Shown here in pieces: positions 23,910 through 35,502 of a stretch of 64,000 nucleotides of DNA. The notes under the pieces were generated by a model that searched no databases, was not told where the DNA came from, and worked only from the letters and a program-made list of their open reading frames with translations. This DNA is from an uncultured Deinococcaceae bacterium. GTDB lineage: Bacteria > Deinococcota > Deinococci > Deinococcales > Deinococcaceae. The stretch's first letter is position 1; the number at the start of each line of letters is the position of its first letter. The stretch lies in NCBI GenBank assembly GCA_964252075.1, contig CAXULY010000004.1, positions 32,001 through 96,000 on the forward strand, written 5' to 3'. The position numbers and the translations under genes are program-made.

Positions 23910-25724
23910 TCACGGGGCGTCCGACGCCGCCCTGATCAGGGCCTGGTGGGCGGCGCGCAGGCGGGCCACGTCCACCTTCATCACGCGCCGGTCGTAGGTC
24001 ATGAGGCCGTTCACCTCGCCCTCCACGTCGGTGATCTCGGTGTAGATGGCGGCACTCAGCCCGGCGTTCGTGGCGAGATCCCGCACCTTGTCGAGCAGGC
24101 CGAGGTAGCGGCGGTTCAGGGTGGCGGCGTCCGGCTGCATCTCGTACGAGAAGCTCGCTTCGGGGTCCCACTGGTGGCCCGCGACCTTCAAGCCCAGCCC
24201 GCCGAACTCCCCGAGCACGCCCGCGCGGCGCGCGCTGGGTGGGGGCGCGCCCGGCCCGACGTACACGTGCCAGTCCGCGAGGTCGCCGTTCCCGCCGTCC
24301 CTGGCGCCGCAGCAGTTGATGCCGCTCATGTTGTCCACGAGGCGGCTGGGGTCCCAGCGCTTCACGGCGGCGGCGAGGCCCGCTTGGTTGAACTGCCCCC
24401 AACCCTCGTTCTGGTTCACCCACACGATGAGGGCGGGCGAGGAGCGGTGCTGGTCAATGATGCGCCGCCACTCGCGCGTGAACTCGTTCTGCGCCTCAGG
24501 GGTGGGCGCCTGGTTGCTGAGCATGGCGGGCATGTCCTGCCACACCAGGAGGCCGAGTTTGTCCGCCCAGTAGTACCAGCGTTGCGGCTCCACCTTGATG
24601 TGCTTGCGGACCATGTTGAAGCCGAGTTTCTTCTGCTGCTCCAGGTCGAAGCGCAGGGCCGAGTCGGTGGGCGCGGTGTACAGGCCGTCCGGCCAGTACC
24701 CCTGGTCGAGCGTGCCGACCTGGAACACGAAGCGGCCGTTCAGGACGGGGCGCACGGTGCCGTTCACCTGCTGCAGACCGATGGAGCGCATCCCGAAGTA
24801 GCCCTGCACGCGGTCCTGCGCCGACCCGCCGCCCTCCAGGGTGGCGGTCAGGGTGTACAGGTAAGGGTCGTCGGGCGTCCAGAGGTGCGCGTTCGGGATG
24901 GGCAGGCGCAACTCGCGCCCCACCTCGCCCGTCACGGTGCCCACGGTGGTGCCGCCCGCCTTCGCCACCACCCGCACGGAGCGGCCCGTGGCGCCTTCCC
25001 CCTGCACGGTGACGCGCAGCGCGCCGCCCGGTACATCCGGCGTGAGGTCCAGCCTCGTGATGTGCGCGGGCGCGACGGGCTCCAGCCACACCGTCTGCCA
25101 GATGCCAGACACCGCCGTGTAGAAGATCTCGCCAGGGTCCAGGCGCTGCTTCCCGAGCGGCTGCCCGCCCAGGTCGCTGGGGTCAATGACGCCCACGATC
25201 ACCTCGTTCACGCCGGACCGCAGGTTGGGGGTGATGTCGAAGCTGAAGCTGTCGTAGCCGCCCTGGTGCGCGCCGACCTTGCGGCCGTTCACGTACACGG
25301 TGGTGGCATAATCCACTGCGCCGAAGTTCAGGAGCACGTGACGGCCCCGCCAGCCCGCCGGGACGCTGAAGGTGCGGCGGTACCACAGGGCGGGCTCACC
25401 GCGCTGCACGCCCGAGAGCGCGGACTCCACGGGGAACGGCACCAGCACCGTCTCGGGGAGGCGCTGCCCGACGGGCGGCGCCTCGTCCGCGCCCGCCGCC
25501 TTGAACTGCCACTGGCCGTTCAGGTTCAGCCACTCGCGGCGCACCATCTGCGGCCGCGGGTACTCGGGAAGGGGCAGGGTGGTGGACACCTGCGCCGTCC
25601 AGGGCGTGGCGAGGGGCGGCGTTCGCGGCATGAGGGGCCGCACACCCGGTTCCGCGAGCGCGCCCCCCAGCAGGAGGCCCGCCGCCAGCACCACCGTTCG
25701 CCTGCTTCGCCCACCCGTTCGCAT
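23910..25724 (-). CDS. Secreted glycoside hydrolase family 2
   Basis: PEYPRPQ, LNGQW, HQGGY, SGIWQTVWLE, NEGWG, GEFGG; signal peptide. Confidence 0.9.
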   Translation of the reverse strand: MRTGGRSRRTVVLAAGLLLGGALAEPGVRPLMPRTPPLATPWTAQVSTTLPLPEYPRPQMVRREWLNLNGQWQFKAAGADEAPPVGQRLPETVLVPFPVESALSGVQRGEPALWYRRTFSVPAGWRGRHVLLNFGAVDYATTVYVNGRKVGAHQGGYDSFSFDITPNLRSGVNEVIVGVIDPSDLGGQPLGKQRLDPGEIFYTAVSGIWQTVWLEPVAPAHITRLDLTPDVPGGALRVTVQGEGATGRSVRVVAKAGGTTVGTVTGEVGRELRLPIPNAHLWTPDDPYLYTLTATLEGGGSAQDRVQGYFGMRSIGLQQVNGTVRPVLNGRFVFQVGTLDQGYWPDGLYTAPTDSALRFDLEQQKKLGFNMVRKHIKVEPQRWYYWADKLGLLVWQDMPAMLSNQAPTPEAQNEFTREWRRIIDQHRSSPALIVWVNQNEGWGQFNQAGLAAAVKRWDPSRLVDNMSGINCCGARDGGNGDLADWHVYVGPGAPPPSARRAGVLGEFGGLGLKVAGHQWDPEASFSYEMQPDAATLNRRYLGLLDKVRDLATNAGLSAAIYTEITDVEGEVNGLMTYDRRVMKVDVARLRAAHQALIRAASDAP

Positions 25725-25807
25725 GCCGCCCCACCCCTCTTCCGGCCCGCGGCCGGACGCGCGTGTTCTTTGCTGGTGTTGGCCTGCAGTGTATCGGGTG
25801 CGGGCAG

Positions 25808-25851
25808 AACACAGCGGAGGGCCCGGCAGGTGCCGGGCCCTCCGCTGTGTT
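25808..25851. terminator. Long hairpin after uvrB
   Basis: AACACAGCGGAGGGCCCGGCA/TGCCGGGCCCTCCGCTGTGTT perfect inverted repeat. Confidence 0.75.
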
Positions 25852-25855
25852 GGGG

Positions 25856-27868
<2,013 letters not shown>

Positions 27869-27877
27869 CCCTCTATT

Positions 27878-27894
27878 TTACGCCAAAAACGTAG
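27878..27894. promoter_or_regulatory. RDRM-like (DdrO) operator overlapping the uvrB -10
   Basis: 17-bp TTACGCCAAAAACGTAG quasi-palindrome; minus-strand TAAAAT 6 nt before ATG. Confidence 0.75.
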
Positions 27895-28069
27895 TTATGG
27901 TGTCATCGGCCTTACAGCTTAGGCGGCCCTGCCCTCATTTTTTGACTCGGGTCAGACTTTCGGTGGAGGCGGGAACCACTCACGAACGTGTAACGTACCA
28001 GTTGTTACAGTGGCCTCAGAAGCCGCTCACAAGATCAAGGTCCCGGTCTGCCGGGCGAAGGAGTTCTGA

Positions 28070-28666
28070 ATGACCCGATCCGGTACCGTCAACCTGAATG
28101 GCATGCTGCAGCAGAGCATCGAGGTGATCACGCGCCCTAGCGTGGCGACCTTCGAGCGCCACGAGCGCAGCGGCGCCATGCGCGACGCGCTGGTGTACGT
28201 GCTGGTCGCCGCGGTGATCTCCGCGGTGGTCGCGTTCCTGTTCGCGCTGCTGCCCTTCCATCACGTGAGCGCGGGCGGGCAGTTCGTGCAGCGACTCATC
28301 ACCGTGCCGCTCACCTTCTTCGCCTTCGTGTACGCCGTGTACCTGATCGGCAAGAACTTCTTCCAGGGCACCGGCCGCATTGACGAGGTGGCGTACACCT
28401 TCGCGCTGTTCTTCGTGCCGATCAGCATCGTGACGACCATCGTGGGGGCGCTCGTGCCGCCGCTGGGCTGGCTGCTCACGCTGCTGAACGTGTACTTCGG
28501 CTGGCTGGCCGTGCAGTCCAGCATGAACATATACGACCAGGGCCGCGCCATCGTGGTGCTGGTGCTCGCCTGGGTCGCCCTGACGATCGTGAACATCATC
28601 ATCGGCTCGATCTTCGCGGCCCTCTTCCTGAGCAGCGCGCTCGTGAGCGGTGCGCTCGGACGGTAG
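28070..28666 (+). CDS. YIP1-family membrane protein
   Basis: VITRPSVATFE followed by about 5 TMs; AGGAG RBS. Confidence 0.75.
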   Translation: MTRSGTVNLNGMLQQSIEVITRPSVATFERHERSGAMRDALVYVLVAAVISAVVAFLFALLPFHHVSAGGQFVQRLITVPLTFFAFVYAVYLIGKNFFQGTGRIDEVAYTFALFFVPISIVTTIVGALVPPLGWLLTLLNVYFGWLAVQSSMNIYDQGRAIVVLVLAWVALTIVNIIIGSIFAALFLSSALVSGALGR

Positions 28667-28685
28667 CGAACGCGCCAGATCCGGC

Positions 28686-28714
28686 GGGCGGCCCACTTCG
28701 GGCCGCCTTTTTTT
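28686..28714 (+). terminator. Intrinsic terminator
   Basis: GGCGGCCC-ACTTC-GGGCCGCC followed by TTTTTT. Confidence 0.75.
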
Positions 28715-29543
28715 ACGGCCCGTCCGCCGCGAAGCTCACCTCGACGCCCAGGCGCTCGCGCCCGCCGCCACGCCGCACGCCCCGCACGGGCGGCACGTCG
28801 TCGTAATCACGGCCGTGCCCGATCTTCACGTGCGCTTCGTTCACGCGGACGTTGTTGGTGGGGTCCAGGCCCAGCCAGCCGTGACCAGGAACGAGGGCCT
28901 CCACCCAGGCGTGCGTCGCCTCGGCGCCCACGAAGTCCGCGCCCGCGTACACGTACCCGGACACGTAACGCGTGGGAATGCCCGCCGCGCGGCACACGGC
29001 AATCATGGCGTGCGCGTAGTCCTGGCACACGCCGCGCCCGCTCAGCGCGAACTCCGCGAGGGGCGTGTTCACGCCGGTCGCGCCGGGCGCGTAGGTGAAG
29101 CGCGCGTGCAGGTGCCGCGTGAGGCCGTCCAGGTACGCCACGAGGTCGTCCGCGTCCTGCGGGATGGCGCAGCCAAAGGTGGCGGGCCAGTCCAGGTCGG
29201 CGGGCACGCGCGCGCTGGCGCCCACGTAATCCAGCCACTGGGCGCGCAGGGGCGCGAGCGCGGCGAGCGGCGCGGGCGGGGGTTCCCGTACGGGGTGCGT
29301 CACGACCACGCTGCGCGTCTCGAAGCGCAGCAGCTCGTGCGGCGCTCTGATGTGCACGTGCTGCACGGGCGTCCCGAACGGGTCGTGGCGGCGCTCCACC
29401 ACCGCGTCCGGCGTGACCGTCAGGTGGTAGGACAGCACCGTCTGGCGGTCGTCGCCCGTGGGCTCCAGGCGCAGTTCGTTGAACGAGTCCCAGGCGGGCT
29501 CGGGGTAACGGTACTCGGTGAGGTGGTGAATGGTGGCGCGCAT
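28713..29543 (-). CDS. Bacterial transglutaminase-family protein
   Basis: GVCQDYAH, RYVSGY, HAWVE, DPTN, GRDYDD. Confidence 0.93.
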   Translation of the reverse strand: MRATIHHLTEYRYPEPAWDSFNELRLEPTGDDRQTVLSYHLTVTPDAVVERRHDPFGTPVQHVHIRAPHELLRFETRSVVVTHPVREPPPAPLAALAPLRAQWLDYVGASARVPADLDWPATFGCAIPQDADDLVAYLDGLTRHLHARFTYAPGATGVNTPLAEFALSGRGVCQDYAHAMIAVCRAAGIPTRYVSGYVYAGADFVGAEATHAWVEALVPGHGWLGLDPTNNVRVNEAHVKIGHGRDYDDVPPVRGVRRGGGRERLGVEVSFAADGP

Positions 29544-29628
29544 GCGGCTCCCGGACTTCCAGCCCATCACTATGACACGCGCCCCCGGTCGGTTGGGCGC
29601 ACCGGACCGGGGCGTCCCGTCACCCGAC

Positions 29629-30561
29629 TCACATGCGGAAGTACGTGGCCTGCATCTGCACGCCGATCTGCCCGAAGTCCGCGAGGAGGCGGTCCAGGCT
29701 GGGTTCCTCGCGGTCGAGGATGTCCTCCACACGCGCGTACGCGAGGCGCGCCGCGAGCCACCCGGAGAGCCGCCCCAGCTCGCCCGCCGAGCCGGGGTTC
29801 GCACCCTCGATGGATTTCAGGCCGCCGTGCAGGGCGTCCGCGCAGTAGCGCACGCTGCGCGGGAACTCGGGGTCCAGCAGCAGGAACGATGCGATGCGGC
29901 GCGGCTCCAGGCGCGTGTAGTGGCGCTTGCGGTAGGCCTCGTAGGCGCTCGCGCTCTTTAAAACCGCCATCCAGCGGTGGTTCTCCAGGGCGTCCGCGAC
30001 GGCCTCCTCGCCGCTGCGGCGGTACCGGACGCCCAGCAGGCGCAGCAGGTTGTCGCCACGCTCGAGTTTCTGCCCGGCGCGCAGGAACTCCCAGCCCTCA
30101 CCGCGCGGGTGCGTCGCGGCGGAGATGCCGTGGAAGTGGTGGCTGGCGTCGCGTACCGCGCGGCAGAAGCGGTGCAGGTCGTCCTGAGCGAGGACCGATT
30201 CCGTTCCGAAGCACAGGGCGTGGTACGCGGTGTTGATGCACTCCCACATCTCGCTGGGGATGCGGTCGCGCAGGCCGCGCGCGTTCTCGCGCGCCTGAAT
30301 AATGCACGAGGTGATGGAGGACGGGTTGCGGCGGTCGAAGGCCAGCCAGAACGGCACGGTGCGGCCGTCGGCGCGCGCCTCGTACTGCCGGAAGTGCTCC
30401 GCGCCACCCGTGATGGCGAGCAGCGGCGCCCACTGCTGCGACACGAGGCCGCCGCCCTCCAGGGTGGCGTAGTAGTTCACGTCCAGCATGCGGGCGGTGT
30501 TCTCCGCGCGCTCCACGTACCGCCCGATCCAGAACAGGGACTCCGCGACGCGGGACAGCAT
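29629..30561 (-). CDS. Alpha-E domain protein (DUF403)
   Basis: [39 protein letters not shown]. Confidence 0.93.
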   Translation of the reverse strand: MLSRVAESLFWIGRYVERAENTARMLDVNYYATLEGGGLVSQQWAPLLAITGGAEHFRQYEARADGRTVPFWLAFDRRNPSSITSCIIQARENARGLRDRIPSEMWECINTAYHALCFGTESVLAQDDLHRFCRAVRDASHHFHGISAATHPRGEGWEFLRAGQKLERGDNLLRLLGVRYRRSGEEAVADALENHRWMAVLKSASAYEAYRKRHYTRLEPRRIASFLLLDPEFPRSVRYCADALHGGLKSIEGANPGSAGELGRLSGWLAARLAYARVEDILDREEPSLDRLLADFGQIGVQMQATYFRM

Positions 30562-32111
30562 TAGCGCTCACCGCCCTGACGCTGCGACTGGCTCTGGCCC
30601 TGACCGCCCTGCGACTGGTGTTGCGTCTGCCCCTGCCGCTGCTCTTCCGGCACGGGCCCGCCGGGCGGCGCGAGCACCCAGGTGTCCTTGCTGCCGCCGC
30701 CCTGGCTGCTGTTCACCACGAGGGAGCCGCGCGTGAGCGCCACGCGCGTGAGGCCGCCCGGCACGATCGTGACCTTCTCCCCCACCAGGATGTACGGGCG
30801 CAGGTCCACGTGCGCGGGCTCGAAACGCCCCGAGTCCGGGTAGAAGGTCGGGTGGCGCGAGAGGCCCACCGTGGGCTGCGCGATGTAGTTGCGGGGGTTC
30901 TCCTCGACCTGCCTCACGAAGGCCGAGACCTGCTCGGGCGTGCTGGCGGGACCCACCAGCATGCCGTACCCGCCCGCCTCCCCGACCGCCTTGATCACGA
31001 GGTCCTGCGGGTGACTGAGCATCTCCGCGAGGCCCTCCGGGTCCCAGCCGAGCAGGGTCGGCACGTTCGGGAGAATGGGTTTCTCGTTCAGGTAGTACTC
31101 GATCATGCGCGGCACATAGGCGTACACGGCCTTGTCGTCCGCGACGCCCGCGCCGATGGCGTTCGCGAGCGCCACGCGGCCCTGGCGGTACACCTCCACG
31201 AGGCCCGGCACGCCCAGCACGCTGTCCTCCCGGAAGGCGAGCGGGTCGAGGAAGTCGTCGTCGATGCGGCGGTAGATGACGTCCACCTGCGCGCGCCCGG
31301 CGGTGGTGCGCATCCACACGCGGCCCTCCGCGACGAACAGGTCGCGGCCCTCCACGAGTTCCACGCCCATCTGCTGCGCGAGGAAGGCGTGCTCGAAGTA
31401 CGCGCTGTTGTACATGCCAGGCGTGAGCAGCACGATGGTGGGGTCCTCGATGTCGCGCGGGCTGAGGGACCGCAGGAGTTCCAGCAGCGCGGTCGTGTAG
31501 TGCTGCACGGGCCGCACACCCTGCCCCTCGAACAGGCCCGGCAGGATGCGCGTCATGGCGGTGCGGTTCGCAAGGAGGTACGACACGCCGCTCGGCACGC
31601 GCAGGTTGTCCTCCAGCACCGTGTACTGGCCCTGTTCGTCGCGGATGAGGTCGCTCCCCACGATGTGCGTGAACACCCCGAGCGGGAGGTTCAGGCCGCG
31701 CACCTCCGGGCGGTAGTGGCTGGCGGACTCCACGAGTTCGCGCGGCACCACGCCGTCATTCAGGATCTCGCCTGCGCCGTACACGTCGCGCAGGAAGGCG
31801 TTGAGGGCCAGCACGCGCTGCGTGAGGCCGCGCTCCACGAGGTCCCATTCGTGCGCGGGAATGACGCGCGGCACGGGGTCGAAGGGGAAGGTGCGCTCGG
31901 TGCCCTGTCCGTGCTCGTCCAGCTGGCCGTACACGGTGAAGGTGATGCCCTGATTCTTGAAGGTGAGGTCGGACAGCGCGCGGCGGCGCTCGAACTCTGG
32001 GCGGCCCAGGTGCGCGAGTCGCGCCTGAATGGAGCGGTAGTGCGGCCTGACCTCGCCGCTCGGGAGGAACATCTCGTCGAAAAACTCGCCCGGCGCGTAT
32101 GCATCGAACAC
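30561..32111 (-). CDS. Circularly permuted type 2 ATP-grasp protein with Gln-rich tail
   Basis: [45 protein letters not shown]. Confidence 0.93.
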   Translation of the reverse strand: MFDAYAPGEFFDEMFLPSGEVRPHYRSIQARLAHLGRPEFERRRALSDLTFKNQGITFTVYGQLDEHGQGTERTFPFDPVPRVIPAHEWDLVERGLTQRVLALNAFLRDVYGAGEILNDGVVPRELVESASHYRPEVRGLNLPLGVFTHIVGSDLIRDEQGQYTVLEDNLRVPSGVSYLLANRTAMTRILPGLFEGQGVRPVQHYTTALLELLRSLSPRDIEDPTIVLLTPGMYNSAYFEHAFLAQQMGVELVEGRDLFVAEGRVWMRTTAGRAQVDVIYRRIDDDFLDPLAFREDSVLGVPGLVEVYRQGRVALANAIGAGVADDKAVYAYVPRMIEYYLNEKPILPNVPTLLGWDPEGLAEMLSHPQDLVIKAVGEAGGYGMLVGPASTPEQVSAFVRQVEENPRNYIAQPTVGLSRHPTFYPDSGRFEPAHVDLRPYILVGEKVTIVPGGLTRVALTRGSLVVNSSQGGGSKDTWVLAPPGGPVPEEQRQGQTQHQSQGGQGQSQSQRQGGER

Positions 32112-32286
32112 TGTGGGGCCCTCCGCGTTTGGGTTGTTATAGCGGTGACGATGGGCTGCGTGCAAGATTTGTCTGACATCAGGCAGAAAAACAGGGGCTT
32201 CGTGTCGTGGTTACGCTATAAGGCTGCACCTTGTTCACGTGAGCCCGAACGCCCCTGAGGTGAGGGGCGGGCGGTAGACTCCCTGC

Positions 32287-32589
32287 ATGCCTGGAACCAT
32301 CTCTCCTGAGGACCGCGCCCACCTCGACCCGGTGTTCATGCAGGTGGTGCTGGCCGTGCAGGCCGAAGCGCAGCAGAGTAAACCCGAGCAGCCCGGCAAC
32401 CTCGCTGCGATGTTCCACCGCGAGCAGGTCGCGGAGGCGCTGCAGGGCTGCGCCATGCTGATCGCCGGCTGGAACGCGGGCGGCGTGGATGAGGCGGGCG
32501 TGACGCGCGCCAGCAAGGCCCTGCGCGGCCTCGGCCTGCGCGAACTCGCGGAGCGCGTGGAGAAACTCCCCCACATCGCGGGCGGCTGA
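32287..32589 (+). CDS. Small hypothetical protein
   Basis: 100 aa; TAGACT 6 nt before ATG. Confidence 0.7.
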   Translation: MPGTISPEDRAHLDPVFMQVVLAVQAEAQQSKPEQPGNLAAMFHREQVAEALQGCAMLIAGWNAGGVDEAGVTRASKALRGLGLRELAERVEKLPHIAGG

Positions 32590-32595
32590 GCGCCC

Positions 32596-33162
32596 TCAGC
32601 GCATCACGCGCCGGAAGTCGTCAGTGCCCGTGAACACGTGCGCCTCCCACCCGGCGGCGCGCGCCGCGTCCACGTTCGCGGGCGCGTCATCCCAAAACAC
32701 GATGCGCTGCGCGCCCGGCAGGGCCTCCGTCACGCGCGCGTAGTACGCGGCGTCCGGCTTGCGCGCGCCGACCAGGCAGCTCGCGAAGGTGCCCGCCGCG
32801 AACTCCGCGAAGCGCATGGTGTCCAGCAGGTAGGTCAGGCGGTGCCGCTCCTGGTTCGTGGCGAGGTGAATGTGCCACCCGCGCCCCCTCAGGTCGCGCA
32901 GGGCGTCCAGCAGGGCGGCGTCCGGGTGGTTCTCGCTCTCGAACCACTCGCGCAGGAAGACGTCAAGGTCGTTCGGGCGGCCCATGCGCGCGAGGAGGTC
33001 TGGCAGGTGGTCCCGCAGGTCCGCCTGCCCGGTGGAGCAGGCGAGGAAGGGGCCATAGAAGAAGTCGCGGGTGGCCTCCGGGTGCTCGCGCATGAGGCGC
33101 GCGCCGAACAACTCGGGCGGCTGGACGAGCACCCCGTCCACATCCATTAGCAGGACGTTCAT
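32596..33162 (-). CDS. HAD-family phosphatase
   Basis: DVDGVL, ATNQ, KPD, FWDD. Confidence 0.9.
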   Translation of the reverse strand: MNVLLMDVDGVLVQPPELFGARLMREHPEATRDFFYGPFLACSTGQADLRDHLPDLLARMGRPNDLDVFLREWFESENHPDAALLDALRDLRGRGWHIHLATNQERHRLTYLLDTMRFAEFAAGTFASCLVGARKPDAAYYARVTEALPGAQRIVFWDDAPANVDAARAAGWEAHVFTGTDDFRRVMR

Positions 33163-33172
33163 GCCCCCCAAT

Positions 33173-34762
33173 CTAGAGGGCGTCGCGGGTGCGCGCGCCG
33201 TCCAGCAGGCGCCACAGGCCGAGCGGGTTCGCGGCCTGCAGTTCGGGCGGCAGGGCGGCGTCCGGGAAGTCCTGCCAGCAGACGGGCCGCGCGAAGCGCG
33301 ATATGGCGCCCGTGCCGACGCTGGTGCTGCGCCCGTCCCCGGTGGCGGGGTAGGGCCCGCCGTGCACCATCGCGTACCCCACCTCCACGCCCGTCGGGAA
33401 GCCGTTGAGGATCACGCGGCCCGCACGGTCCTGCAGCGCCGCGACGAGCGGGGCGAGGGTGGGGAGTTCGTGCGCTTCGGCGTGCAGGGTGGCGGTCAGC
33501 TGCCCTTCCAGCCCAGACAGCGCGCGGGCGAGTTCGGTCACGTCCTGATACCGAACGGCGAGGCTGAGCGGCCCAAACACCTCGTGCGCGAGCGCCGGGT
33601 CGGCGGCGAAGGTGCCCAGTGGCACCTCGTACAGCGCGGCGGGTACGGGTAGGTCGTCCGTGGGGGCGGGGGGCGTGAGGACAGCTGCGCCCGCGTGCGC
33701 GTCCAGGGCGGCGCGTCCGTGCCCGTACGCGGCGCGGATGGTCGGGCTGAGGAGCGTCGCGCTGGGCAGGGCCGCGAGGCGCTCCGCCACATCGCTCAGG
33801 AAGGCGTCCCCAATCTCCCCTTCTGGCACGAACAGCAGGCCCGGCTGCGTGCACAGCTGCCCGCCCGAGCCCGCAATGCTCGCCACTAGGCCCGGCGCGA
33901 TGCCTGCCGCGCGCGCGGCGAGGGCCGCCGCGGTGAACACCGTGGGGTTCACACTGCTCATCTCGGCGTACACGGGGATGGGCACGGGGCGCTCCTGCGC
34001 GGCGCGCGTGAGGGCGAGGCCGCCCGCGCGGGAACCCGTGAAGCCCACCGCACGGATGCGCGGGTGGCGCACGAGGGCCTGCCCGAGGTCCGTGCCGTCG
34101 CTCTGCAGGAGGGCGAACACGCCCGCCGGGACGCCGCTCGCGTCCGCCGCGCGCGCGATGGCGGCGCCCACCAGGGCGGACGTGCCGGGGTGCGCGGGGT
34201 GCGCCTTCACGACCACAGTGCAGCCCGCCGCGAGGGCGGAGGCGGTGTCGCCGCCCGTGACGCTGAAGGCCAGCGGGAAGTTGCTCGCGCCGAACACCGC
34301 GACCGGCCCGAGCGGCACCAGCATGGAGCGCAGGTCCGGCTTCGGGGCCGGGGTGCGGTTGGGGTCCGGGCGGTCCAGGCGCGCGTCCACCCACGAGCCC
34401 TCCTCGACCAGCGCCGCGAAGAGGCGCAGCTGCCCAGTCGTGCGGGCCAGTTCGCCGCGCACGCGCGCCTCGGGGAGGGCGCTCTCCGGCATCACGCGCG
34501 CGACGATGGCCTCGCCGTCCGCCTCCAGTTCGGCGGCGATGGCGCGCAGGAACGCACCGCGCGCCGCGCCGGGCAGGGCGGAGTACGCGGGGAAGGCGTC
34601 CGCCGCGGCCTGCACGGCGGCCTCGATCTGGTCGTCCGTGGCGGCCTGGAAAACGCCGGCGAGCGGTTCGCCGCGTGGGGTGCGGGCTTGAAAAGTGTGT
34701 GCACCCGCGCCGGTCGGCTGGCCGCGCACGAGGGAGCTGAGGGGGAAGGTCACGTCGGGCAT
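33173..34762 (-). CDS. NADP-dependent aldehyde dehydrogenase, probable alpha-ketoglutaric semialdehyde dehydrogenase
   Basis: GASNFPLAFS, KAHPAHP, FTGS, AEMSS, GQLCTQPG, NGFPTGVEV; hydroxyproline cluster context. Confidence 0.88.
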   Translation of the reverse strand: MPDVTFPLSSLVRGQPTGAGAHTFQARTPRGEPLAGVFQAATDDQIEAAVQAAADAFPAYSALPGAARGAFLRAIAAELEADGEAIVARVMPESALPEARVRGELARTTGQLRLFAALVEEGSWVDARLDRPDPNRTPAPKPDLRSMLVPLGPVAVFGASNFPLAFSVTGGDTASALAAGCTVVVKAHPAHPGTSALVGAAIARAADASGVPAGVFALLQSDGTDLGQALVRHPRIRAVGFTGSRAGGLALTRAAQERPVPIPVYAEMSSVNPTVFTAAALAARAAGIAPGLVASIAGSGGQLCTQPGLLFVPEGEIGDAFLSDVAERLAALPSATLLSPTIRAAYGHGRAALDAHAGAAVLTPPAPTDDLPVPAALYEVPLGTFAADPALAHEVFGPLSLAVRYQDVTELARALSGLEGQLTATLHAEAHELPTLAPLVAALQDRAGRVILNGFPTGVEVGYAMVHGGPYPATGDGRSTSVGTGAISRFARPVCWQDFPDAALPPELQAANPLGLWRLLDGARTRDAL

Positions 34763-34776
34763 GGGTCTCCTGGGGG

Positions 34777-35502
34777 TTACTGGTAGGTCAGGCCGCGCCG
34801 CCGGGCGGCGGGCACGCGTGCGGGGCGCAGCTCGATGTGGCCGGGCAGCACGCGCGGGTCGAGGGCCAGCAGGTCCACGATGACCTGCGCGACGTCCTCC
34901 GGCTGGAGCTTCCAGTCGCTGGGTTCGTTCGGGTCGGTGATGGGCGTGGCGACACTGCCGGGCAGCACCGTGCAGACGCGCACGCCCTGCTCGCGCAGGT
35001 CGAGGGCGGCGGCGTCCGCGAGGGCCAGCAGGCCCGCCTTGCTGGCGGCGTAGGCGGCGCTCTCCGGGTACGGATGCTGCGAGGCGAGCGAACCGACCAT
35101 CAGGGCCAGCCCGCGCCCCGAGGCGGTCAGGGCGGGCAGGCAGGCGGTGAGCGTCAGGAACGCGCCGGTCAGGTTGGTGTCCAGGGTGGCCCGCCAGTCC
35201 CCTAGACCCAGCTCACCCACGGGGGCGTAGCGGGCGATGCCCGCCGCGTACACCAGCGCGTCCAGGCGCCCCCAGCGGTCCTGGGTGGCACGCACGGCCC
35301 CCTGCACCTCCGGCTCGCGCGTCACGTCGGCGGGGCAGGCCAGGGCGGCGTCCCGGAGTTCGGCGCTCAGGGCGTCCAGCGCCACGCGGTCGCGGGCGAG
35401 CAGGGCCACCCGCGCGCCCGCCGCGGCGAGCGCGCGCGCCACCGCGCGCCCGATACCCCCGCTCGCGCCGGTCAGCAGCACCACCTGGCCCGCGAGGGTC
35501 AC
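34777..35502 (-). CDS. SDR-family oxidoreductase
   Basis: TGASGGIG, YAASK. Confidence 0.9.
   Translation of the reverse strand: MTLAGQVVLLTGASGGIGRAVARALAAAGARVALLARDRVALDALSAELRDAALACPADVTREPEVQGAVRATQDRWGRLDALVYAAGIARYAPVGELGLGDWRATLDTNLTGAFLTLTACLPALTASGRGLALMVGSLASQHPYPESAAYAASKAGLLALADAAALDLREQGVRVCTVLPGSVATPITDPNEPSDWKLQPEDVAQVIVDLLALDPRVLPGHIELRPARVPAARRRGLTYQ

Noticed and set aside
32211..32227. TTACGCTATAAGGCTGC as a second RDRM
   Set aside because: Only the left half matches.
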